A stretch of 64,000 bases of DNA. Source: Octopus bimaculoides. Taxonomy: Eukaryota. The number at the start of each line of letters is the position of its first letter. Within the stretch, counting starts at the first letter, position 1. Positions 28,901 through 41,197 of the stretch are shown piece after piece. Both the position numbers and the translations under genes were made by a program. The notes under the pieces are model-generated. The model was given only the letters and a program-made list of their open reading frames with translations, made no database searches and was not told the origin of the DNA. The DNA lies in assembly GCF_001194135.2 (NCBI RefSeq), contig NC_068981.1, forward strand, positions 86,528,751 through 86,592,750, read 5' to 3'.

Positions 28901-29882
28901 TTTTCTCAACCAAGCTCTTCAATCTTCTATGATGTGATCTTTGCAGTTCGCGGTCGCGCATTGTCCTGATGAAACATCACTCCTTTTCGATTCACTAAAG
29001 CAGGTCTTTTTTCTTCAAAGCTTGGTTCAAATGCTCTAATTGCTGACAGTTGATTTGAGCATTGATTGTTGCATTAGGTGGTAACAATTCAAAGTGAATT
29101 ACTCCTTTGCAATCCCACCAGATAGGGAGAACCTTTTTTCCATGAAGTTCCCTTCTTGGTTGTGGTTGAGCCTTTTCCCTTTTGCCAAACTGCTGTTTAC
29201 GATGTTTAACATTTCGATAGAAGATCCATTTTTTTGTCACCAGTCACAAGTCTATTCAAAAAGGGTGAAATGAGTCAAGAGAATGGAGAGAAGAGCAGAT
29301 GTCAACTTGGGATTTGCGGTTACTTTCAGACAATTCACAAGGCACCCATTTTCCAAGTTGTTGAAGATGACAATAAACAGTTGTATGGTTTGAACTAAGC
29401 TTTATTGCCAATTCTTCAACTGATAATGCAGGATTTTCTTCAAGTAATGCCTCAAGGAGCTTATCATCAAACTCAACTGGACATCCTGTTCGATCTTCAG
29501 TTTCAAGGCTGAAATCTCCACTTCTGAATTTTGCAAACCATCTTCTGCAAGTTCTTTCATTGAAGCATTCTCTCCCATAAACTGAGTATATGTTTCAAGT
29601 TGCTTTGTCTGCAGAGTTTCCTCTTTTGTACTCATAGAGCATTATGTGCCTTAAATGCTCTTTGGATAGTTCCATGTTAGAAGGGGTTTTAATCAAAGAA
29701 ATTTTAATTCTATTATTCTGTAAAATAATATTTAATTAATTTAAATGTACACAAATACATAAAAATAATTTTTAATTCCATTAGACATTCTAAAATACTA
29801 TTAAATTTCATTCAATTTTAAAAAAGGTAAAATCAGACAGAACTTATGGGATGACCTGATATATTAACAAAATTCACATTAC

Positions 29883-29929
<47 letters not shown>

Positions 29930-32199
29930 ATATGAAGAAAGAATAGGCTTTCAAACTCAAGCATGCTCTAATAATGACCCTGAAATCAAAACTACTCAAA
30001 GACAGAAATCCAAACATATTTACAAGACATGAAGTAAGAGACTTCCAACAAATACCTCAATAAATGTATTCATTGGAAGTTTCTGGAAGATGTCACCAGT
30101 AATCCTTGAGAAAACTGGTAATGTTAGAAAAATCAGCAATACAGGAAAAATGTAAAATAGTTGAATTATATATCTCACCTGAAAAAATGCAAATTGCTGT
30201 GAGAAGTGCATATTCAGCATTATCCACACAAAGGTTTACCAGACTTTGGAAGAAAGTAAATGCAACTTCTGCATAATTGTTGACACCAAGAGATTTTAAA
30301 TTTTCTTTAGTAACAGGTATCCCAGTCATAAAAACTATCGTCTTTGTTTTGTAATCATAACACCTGGAGGCTCTTAATGTCGTAACTTCATTGGATGCTT
30401 CCTGTGGGAATAATAAGATAAAAAAAAAAAGATTTGTTGAAATTTTTTAACATTATCAATTCATTGATGCCATTGTTGTTAAGGTCAAACCTGATGAAGC
30501 AGTCTTATAATCAAGGACATTCCAGAAAATGACCATCTAATCTTGTTACAATAAGCTCTGAGTATGTAGACCTATGATCAAATATGTTCTGACCATGACC
30601 ACCCTGTCTTGTACATTTTTTTAGAAGACAGTAGTAAACTGTGTTTGAATGAATTTACTTGTTGCTTCCAACAAGGCAAATGTCCATACCAAGGCTGCCT
30701 CTGTTTTTCAGTTATTTTGCATTTAAGACCACATCAAATATGTCTCTTTTTAAGAAGATGGTAGAGAGACTTGACTAATATTAGTAGCAGATCAAATAAC
30801 TGCACAGAGGAGTTATTATTGGTTTATTTATATATACAATCTACTAATATAATTAGAAGTCTCTCTCTCACAACACACATACTGATATGCATATGAAAAG
30901 CAATTAGCTGCCAAGGTACTTTCAGTGTCTGAAATTCATGGAAATACAGTCATGTTGTTTAGTTAGCTGAGCTAATGATACTTTCACTACACCTGTATTT
31001 CATGGAAACACTAACAAATCATTTAGTTAGATGAATGTTATAAAGAAATTTCCATTCAACTTAACTGCCCATGCATATATTTTATATATTTTTTACAAAG
31101 AATACATTGCATCTCACACAAAATCTATACTAAGATTCACATGACAGTAAAAATAAACTATACATGAAGAAAGAATAGGTTTTCAGACTCAAGCACACTT
31201 TAATGATGAATATGAAATCAAAACAATCTATCAGGCAGAACTCAAAACATGTAGCTTTCCCTGAAGTTAAAAGCAGATTAACTAAACATGAAACGAGAAA
31301 CTTCCAACAAATATCCCCAAAAAGATATTTGTTGGAGGTTTCTAGAAAATGTCACCAGTAATCTTGATAAAACTGACATTGTTATTAGAAAATTTAGCGA
31401 TGCAGAAAATATGTATGTATATCTATTACTTATTAAGTGATAAAGACGAACATGAATTTTATTTAATTAATCTCACAGCAGTTTATTGCAAATAATTAAT
31501 TATAAAGTTAGATATTTACCATCTATGGATTTTCCAAGGATACACAGTAGTTTATATATAAACTATATAGTTTATATAACATAGTTAATATATAAATTAG
31601 ACTGTTTATACAACATACACATAGACTGTTTATACAACATACACACATGCACATACCTGTGCATGTATTTTATGTCTTTGTTGAAATTCATTTAATCAAA
31701 ACTGATTACAGTCATATCTTATCTGGTGCTATAACCCTCTATAAACATTTCTTTAGAACTCTTAAAACAAATTTATCCTTATTATTTCTCTGACTTTTAA
31801 ATCCATCATTAAGATCTCTCACTGCTGTCAATGAATTTTATAACTTTTAATTCTCAATTCAACATTTTTCATCTTAAATTTAATGATTTTCAATCAATGT
31901 ATCATTCTTTATTTATTTATCTTTTTCACGTATATTTTTACCTCATGTATTTCTTATTTCTATTCTAAATAATAATAATAATATATTGATATGTTCCTTA
32001 TCTTGGTGTATCTATTCTGTTGTATGAATTTATGATATTGATCATCATCATCATCATCATCGTCGTAAATCATAACCATAGGATGATTATCTACATTTTT
32101 TTCTCTTCTTAAATCAAGTTCGACCTGAGCACTTTCAAGCAATTGCATGAAAAAAACATTTTTTGAAAGAAAAAAAACAATACACCCACACACACACAC

Positions 32200-32240
<41 letters not shown>

Positions 32241-32779
32241 CAGTGATGGGTCCTCATTTAAGTCCAACATAATTAGATATTATTCATGATGCAAAATATG
32301 TACACATATTTTTATCATTTGTACCTATAACAGTGTTTCAAAACAAACAAGTTACCAAAATGGTCTCAAGATTAATAATAACAATAATCTTACCTTTAAT
32401 AAAACAATTTGATCTTCTTTGGGCAATTCATCAAACCCTGGCAATCTTTTAGCAAATTCAACTACCAGTTTTGTCATTGCAACACATACTAAAGCCATCT
32501 GTTTTAGCATGTTATTATGGAGTTCACCTTTAGTTTTTGTGCTTAAGATGTTTGTTTCCTACAAAAATAATATATGCCATCTTCAATACATCTCAGTGTT
32601 TATTTAAATTGGTAATACATTTTTATGAATTACAAGAATAAATTCAGAAGGGAAAAAAGGCCTTTTTGCAATTGGACCTTTTCACAATCTCCAATAACAT
32701 AATGTAATTTTAACATGGAAAAAGAAATGTAAAATAATTATTGAACTAATAACTACATCAATATCACATCAAGTAAGTA

Positions 32780-32844
<65 letters not shown>

Positions 32845-35800
32845 CACCACCACCACCACCCTTCTGTCGCCGCCGCCACCACCACTACCACCATTACCAA
32901 CGTTACCATAGCTGTAACATCTGATTTTACATGACTGTAAGTTGTATAAATCTGCAGTATGACATACTGCATCATTTCAGTTAGGCTGAATCCTATTATT
33001 GTTTTCCATGTTTTGCTCTGTCAGTTCATTGTAATTTTCATTGAGAACACCCTATCTCTTTGCCATACATATCAATATCAGTTTAATTGCCACTCCAACA
33101 AACATTTGCTTAACGCTTTAATATTCAGTTGCTTTATCAACTGACATGCAGAAATCTTTCATGCAGTTTAATGTTGCACACCCAATGGGTTGTATCAACT
33201 TGTTTCTTGCCAAATTTCTGTGAATCCTTCTGATTTCATTTACCAACAGAGGTAATTGCTTCCTTACTACTAATCCGCATGAAAGCTGTGAATTGGGAGA
33301 ACTATTGAAAGCATTGAATAGAATATCTCATATTATATATCCTAGCTTTATGCACTCTGAGTTAAAATTCTGTCAACGTCAACTTTGCCTTTCATCATTT
33401 TGAAATTGAAAAAAAAAGTACCAGTCCAATACTGGATCAGTTTTCTCTCTCTCTCCCTTTCTGGTTGAAATTCGCTATGGCTAAATCTTGAGAAGGGCAA
33501 TCTCTGCAAGATTTAAAATGTCTGTGATGTCATATATTATGATGTTTTCCCCGCAACTCAATTGGGAAAACTACACTCAACTGTACCCCTCTAGAATTCT
33601 TACCGTGGCCACATTTTTGTGAAGTGATTGACAGATATCTGTTTAATTGCATTGATCTCACCAACCTACAAAGGACAAGGGTACTGTGCCCTCTTTCATT
33701 TACTTAATAATCCTTTCTACTACAGGCAAAAAGCTAGAAATTTTGAGGGACAGGGATAGTTGATTACATCAGCCCCAGTACTCAACTGCTACTTATTTTA
33801 TTGACCCCAAAAGGATGAAAGGTAAAGTTGATCTCAGCAGAATTTGAACTCAGAACATAAAGCTAGAAGAGATGTCACTAAGCATTTTGTCCAGTGTGGT
33901 AATGATTCTGCCAGCTTGCTGCCTTTCATTTACTTAATAAAACAAAACTTTCCCTAGAACAATCTCCTAAATTATAGGAAACTATTTTACAGTCTCCACA
34001 ACAAGGTCCAGTCTTTGCTGTGGCGTGGTGACTTGTGTGCATCAATGACCCAGAGAACTATGCCAGTGGAGTGCAAGCTCTTGGTAGGGCCTCCCACGCT
34101 GGACAGGTTCAAAGGATAGAGGCCAAGTTAATATTGACCATTGCCCTGCTTAAATAAAAAGGGGTTTGTGTAGTTCAAACACCTCCTACCTAGAAAAAGC
34201 AAAGTTACAGAAGCATTGAAGACAATACAAAAACATTAACATTTGAGAAAGGAAAAGACAGCTCAGAGTCAAGAACAGTGGAGAAAATTCATTGTTGGCC
34301 TGTGCTCCATAGGGAGAGAAGGACTTGAGAAGAAGAGAATTTACAATGTCTAGTAAGCTATATCAAAAGCACATAGACATCATATTTTTGGTGCTCCTAT
34401 ACCTGAATATCACTATTCATGTAACTCTGTAATCAATACTCTCATTTAGATACCTAAAACTCTGCATCTCAACCAGTCTGTTAGAATTCTGAGCACCCTG
34501 ATTACTCTTCATTTTGTTTCTACTAACTTCCAGCCTACATATTAACAACAGGGACTTTCCTAAATACTTATAGTTTTTATTGTTTTCTATTTCTAACAAG
34601 TACTTTGGACATTGTTGCATTGACATTTAAACATTTGTATCTTCAATATCTGATACATTTTCTGTAGCTCTTCAACAAATTCTCCAAAGCAAACTGCTCC
34701 TCAGTATATGTTCTTCTCAATGAGGATACCATATATAGAAATTTTGTGAACAAATACCTACAAGGACTACAGTTGTTCAATCAAAAAGTTTTTTAAAACA
34801 ACCAATTTATTGGTGTTGTTTGCTCTACTTGAGCAAACCAATGGCCTTGTGGCAATATCTAAATAAATCAATGTTTCTGTCAGTAACCATTTTGCCTTCA
34901 TTATGAGAATGTTGTCTTAAGATTTATGTACTAAAATATGTATTGTATTGGCTTCAGCAGGTTACTTTGTAAAAGAACAGCAGCATTTAGCAGGCTGTGC
35001 TACTATGTAGACCTGTTGCTTGCAAAACCAGGCACAGTATAAAAACAGTCCTAAACTCTTAACTAATTGGGTTAATCGCTACAATGACAAGAAAAGAGCT
35101 CAAGGTATAGTGAACACCCACCAGCATACTCAATTCTTTACTGAATTTGACAAAGCATTTCTAATTTTATCTACAAAGAAATTGTAAATCAATCTAATTA
35201 AAATACATTTTGCATAGAACCCTGATATACTAACTTGTTTTATAGAATTCTTTAAACCATACATTAATTTTATAAAATATAAAATTTTTGCCAATATATG
35301 TATATCTTATATTAGATAATACATTTATTGATTTATATAGTTGACTGTATTAAGTGTATTAATCTGCAAAAATCTGAAACCATATTAATTAATCGTTAAA
35401 GCTATCCTTGTCTTGACATATTTTCTATAATCCTATCTAGTTTTATGTTAATCAGACATCAATATTTATACATATTAACTCTTCAGAAGTAGCCAGAATG
35501 TTGTATTTATGAAATTCAGTTAATTTCTCAACCAAAAGGCATTATAATTTTCACAAATCTTTAGCTCAAGGATTATCTATCTGCATGGTAAAAATTTACA
35601 AATAATTTGACAACTGCTGACATGTTAGGATACAGGTATCTCTGTGTAGTTAAGAAGTTTGGTTCATAACCATGGGGTTTCAGGTTTGATTGTGCTACAT
35701 GGTAAGGAAAAAGAAATCAAAGATTTTAATTAAAAATACTGTTGTTGGTATTTGTTCCACAAGTGAGGCAATGTCTTGCCATTCTCATCATCAGAAGAAC

Positions 35801-38800
35801 AGTGAACCTGTGACTAGCCTATTGGAAGCTAATTATGATATTATTCACTTAAACCATTAGCATTTAAGCCGGCCATATCTGACCAAAATATTCTACCTGT
35901 TTTATTTTCAAATTGGCCAGATTCAGCCTCTCACACTTATCCTAAAATATTATTCAAGAAATAAACAATCACGTCATTGAAATCTCAAAGCTACAAGGTA
36001 ATACATGATTAATTCAAAACAATGTGAATAAAAAGCATTACATTTGACAGAGAAATCTGAATACAAAAGGGCTAATGTGATACAAAACAAAGTTACATGC
36101 TGGCATAGATGTGTGGTAAGGAAATTTGCTCTGTGACCATGTGGTTTTAGGTTCAATTCCACTTTTCAGAAGTTTGGGCAACTGTAATCACAGGTTAACT
36201 AATACCATGTGAGTGAACTTTGGTAAAAGACTGTGCATAAAGCCATCGTCTGTGTGTGTGTGTGTGTGTGTGCATGGATGTGTGTCTGTGTGTATGCATG
36301 TCTACACTGGTTTTAAAACCAGTGATGTTTATGGTGTGTCTCTTTAAGTCTTGCAACTTGTGGTTCAAGAAAAAGAGATTGATAAAATAAGTGCCGCACA
36401 AACATAAAGGACAAGTGGGTGATATGAACAAATCATTCCTTGAAGCTGGTGCTCCAGCATAGCCACAGGCTAATGACTGAATCCAGTCAAAGAATAAAAG
36501 AATAAAGTTACCAAAGTTCTCTCCTCACCTCATCAATGCTGTTAATACATTTCTCCTGAGGGTATTCATATTTTTCCTGATAATAAACTAATTGGTTTAT
36601 CAGAGTTTGTTTGTCTTCAGATAACTTTTCCAAAGGGTTCGAACTTTTGATAAAAATTGATGGACGATGAAAGTAATGGTCAGCATCATCTACAGGGGCT
36701 TTAGGAACTTCAGGATTTAACACTTTCTCTTCATTCTGAGTTGGCACATCTTTTTTGTGCAGTTTTTGTTTAGCTTTCCGCCTTATATCACGAGCCTTGC
36801 ACTGGTCATGGGATAATAAACCTAGAATAGAGAGAAAAAATAATTCATAACATTTTTTTTTCAGAAATAAGCAATGTGTGTGTGCATACTTATATATATA
36901 TACATACATACAGACTTACACTCATAAGTGTTGGGCTCCCAGTCATGAGGTAGTGAGTTCAATTCCTGGACCAGGCTGTGTGTTGCATTCTTGAGCAAGA
37001 CACTTGCTCCAGTTCACTCATCTGTAGAAATAAATTGCAATGCCACTGGTGCCAAGCTGTATCAGCTTTTGCTGGACAGAATCAGTGATAGGGAGAGAGG
37101 AGGCTGGTATTCCATAAACAACCATGCCCAGACTTTTGCTTCTGAGGGGAACCTTCTAGGTGCAATCCCATGGTCATTCATAACCGAAAGGGTTCTTTAC
37201 CTCTTTTTATACATACATATTCATTCTTTTATTTAACATTCATTTTTCCATAGTAGCATATGCTTTTAAAAATCTTTGGAATAATAAATCCCATACTTGT
37301 TTTTCAAGCATAGGCTGGCAACAGGAGGAGTATCCAGCCACAAAATCCTATTGCAAATAGTCTATTCATTGCTCTTTCAGCAAAGAAAAAATAATGTTAA
37401 TCTATCATGATCAATCAGATACTTAATCATCATAAATGGTGAACTTTGAAGTAATTATAACTGTTAATTACTCTTTTACTTGTTTCAGTCATTTGACTGC
37501 GGCCATGCTGGAGCACCGCCTTTAGTCAAGCAAATTGAACCCAGGACTTATTCTTTGTAAGCCTAGTACTTATTCTATCTGTCTCTTTTGCCGAACCGCT
37601 AAGTTACAGGGATGTAAACACACCAGCATCAGTTGTCAAGCAATGTTGAGGGGGACAAACACAGACACACACACACATATATACATATACACATATACGA
37701 TGGGCTTCTTTCAGTTTCCGTCTACCAAATCCACTCACAAGGCTTTGGTTGGCCCGAGGTTGTAGTAGAAGACACTTGCCCAAGGTGCCACGCAGTAGGA
37801 CTGAACCCGGAACCATGTGGTTGGTAAGAAAGCTACTTATCACACAGCCACTCCTGCGCACATGAAATTTGAATAATATATTGATTTCTATATCATCAGG
37901 TCAAATATTGTAGGAGAGAATAATTTGACTGAACCTAATTAGTGTATGGTTGGTACTTGATACATCAACCATGGCAAGATCAAAGGAAAATTTGACACCA
38001 GCAGAATGAATTATAGGAACATGAACTAAAAAATAGGCTATTTAAATCTTTAGCATTCCGATTACTCTGCCAAATGTAGTGCTTCTTTATTTACATGGTT
38101 TTGAAGGAATCTTGTAGTTTTGCGATTTTGATGGTAATCTTTTATTCTTTTACTTGTTGCAATCATTTGACTGTGGCTGTGCTGGGTTATAGTTGTAGAA
38201 ATCGACCCTGGGACTTATTCTTTGTAAGCCTAGTAATTATTCGATTGGTCTTTTTTGCCAAACTGCTAAGTTATTGGGACATAAACACACCAGTATTGGT
38301 TGTCAAGTGATAGCGGAGGGACAAACACAGACACACACAAATATATACATACATACATATATATATGGTGGTTGTCTACTCCTTATGCAGAGTTTGACCA
38401 CCTCCTGCACCTACACCTTAGAACCATCAAGGCATCTGGTGTAGCTTTTTAAACCAGACAATGTTCTTAAAAGACACCCACATAGATTGCATATCTGATT
38501 TGGACCAGCAAGAACTGCAGATAAGTTCTGATTGTTGTGGATCTTAAAATGTCTTTTGAGGCCTCCGTTAGATTTGCAAACCTTCTGGCATACGTTGCAT
38601 TCAAAGGTGTGCACAGACATATAGGCAGAATAGTTAATGGAGGTTCATTTTCCATGGTTTCCATGGGTTTGCAAATGAGATTTGAGCCTAGCAAAAGAAA
38701 GGCATGGTCTATCACAAACAGTGCACACAAAAAGGTCATTGTGATTCACCTTCTTGATCATAACATTCTTCCTTAGATCTCTTTTGAGTCTTTCATGCAT

Positions 38801-41163
38801 TATCCTGGCCTCTTCAAATGCTTTCACTCCACTCCACACACACACATATGATGGACTTCTTTCAGTTTCTGTCAACCAAATCCACTCACAGGGCTTTGGT
38901 TGGCCTGAGGCTATAGTAGAAGACACTTGCCCAAGGTGCCACACTGGGACTGAACCTGGATCCATGTGGTTGGGAAGCTAGCTTCTTATTTCATTATTGC
39001 CCACAAGGGGCTAAACATAGAAGGGACACACAAGGACAGACAAACGAATTAAGTCGATTATATCGACCCCAGTGAGTAACTGGTACTTAATTTATCGACC
39101 CCGAAAGGAAGAAAGGCAAAGTCGACCTTGGCGGAATTTGAACTCAGAACGTAGCTGCAGACGAAATACCGCTAAGCATTTCACCTGGCGTACTAACGCT
39201 TCTGCCAGCTCGCTGGCTCTTACCACACAGTCATGCCTGCACCTATATGTTTGTATATTTTTAGAATGACACTGTAGGATAGGTGTGAGAGGCTGGATCT
39301 GGCAGGTTTGTCTATAAAACAGGCGAAATATTTGGGTCTAATATGGCTGGTTTAAATGCTAAATGGTTAATCTAATAATGCCACCCTCAACTTTAAAACT
39401 AAAATAATATAAATACCATTATGGATAAAATACTTTCCTCTACATACAATGATGTTTCTTATTAAAAACAAGTTAAGTATATTTTCAATCGGAAAATATA
39501 TAACTGTAAAGTTTGATAAAAGATAGAGACAAAAATAAATGTTATTCAATTATCACAAATATTTGTATTTAAAAAAAAATGAAATTTTAATCAGCATTTA
39601 CTTACATTCTTGTTTCATTCCAACTTCTCGACATCGTAAAAGTCTACAGGCTGGACATTTCCGTCTCATCCACATATCAATTTCACAATTGCCACCATAT
39701 TTACATGTGTACACTGCATTCCTAGTAATACTTCGTCGGAAGAAACCTATGAAATATTACAAATACAGAATAAATGTAATAAACTGAATTTACAGATTCA
39801 AATTTGGCCACTGTGTCAGCAAATTGTTTTGATCTTTAGTTTAATGAACCCATATACAATTTTATTTGTTTTACATCTATTTTCCATGCTAGCATGGGCT
39901 AGATAAATATATCAATGAGGCATTGTTTTACAATGAGATGCTCTTCTTGTTATTAATGTTTACCTGTTTTTCAAGTGAGGGATTTCTTATTTCACATGTC
40001 TTTGAAAGTGTAAAGTGAACGGACAGTTTGTTGGCAAGTAATGACAACAATACTGCTCAGATTTATGTAAAGTCCAACTGTAAATACACACACACATATA
40101 CAATGGGCATCTTTCAGTTTTCATCAATGAAATCTTCTTAGAAAGCTTTGATTGGCCTAGAGGTATAGTTGAAGATTCTTGTCCAAATTTATGCACTGTA
40201 GGATTGAACTCAAAACCAGGTGGATGGAAAGTAAACTTTTTAATTACACAGCCATGTCAGGAAAACTAAAATTGGTAGAGCTCCTTTACAACATGTCAAG
40301 TTTGAGAAACAACCTGAAGCAGTTTCAGCTGTTGAAGATGCATCTGGTCAAGTGACAACAACTCTCAGACTACAAAGACTTGTAAGTTCATTAACACCAT
40401 AATAAATCTCTTGAATAAAATCTATTATATTACTGGTACTTATTGAATCAATTCATGAGATTCTGAACTTGATGCAATAAAGCTTCTTGTCAGGTTTTGT
40501 GTTTATGGTGTATAAAATTAATAATCTTAGTAAAAGATATATTTCAGTTTTGTTTTAAACATTCCGCTTGCTAAATGTGATTAATCTAATTTACCTTAGT
40601 CATTTGCTAAGGTAAATTTCAATAAGTAAAAATTATTTTTTAGTTGATAGTACACAATTTTCTTTATACCAAGTCTGAAGCAAACAGAATTAAATTGCAA
40701 CCCTATTTGGAAATTTTGTGAACACATGCTTATGAAGAATATATTTAGTTGAGTGAAGAGACAAGTTTATTCTTGCAGTTGTTGGCTAACCTCAGCTTTA
40801 TCTGATCAGACCCATGATATGGGAACAATATTTAAACAAAATCTTTTCTAGCAAAAGCTGTCTTGATTATATCATAGGATGTTGTTCTAAGACTTATGTA
40901 CTAAAATACATAACTTCCAGTTTTAATGTAATGTATGTAGTTCCTAGAGGAAAATTGAACTACAACATTTAACAAGTTGTGCTATCATGTAAATCTGATG
41001 CTAATAGCAAGCAAAATGAGAGAAAGAAATAAAACAGTTTCACCATTGCTTTATTTCAAAATGCCACTTTAAATCATAAAAGTTGCTGAGTTTCAGAAAC
41101 AAATATATGACCCATTTGATTATGTCGATTAGTACAAATTTTATAGAGCCATTTTTAAAATGT

Positions 41164-41197
<34 letters not shown>

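Noticed and set aside
31440-31700. A degenerate second copy of the helix 5-8 exon next to the duplicated intron segment
   Set aside because: Only 6-7 nt matches (tctcac, tttacca); no translatable similarity was found.
34040-34125. Calling a canonical HDV-like ribozyme
   Set aside because: Hand folding did not give the required P3/L3/P1.1 arrangement; kept only as a low-interest structural hypothesis.
38411-38965. A nested host C2H2 zinc-finger gene
   Set aside because: No TGEKP linkers, irregular finger spacing, an in-frame stop, an RTE-like upstream motif, and the 5' part of the ORF is SINE sequence.
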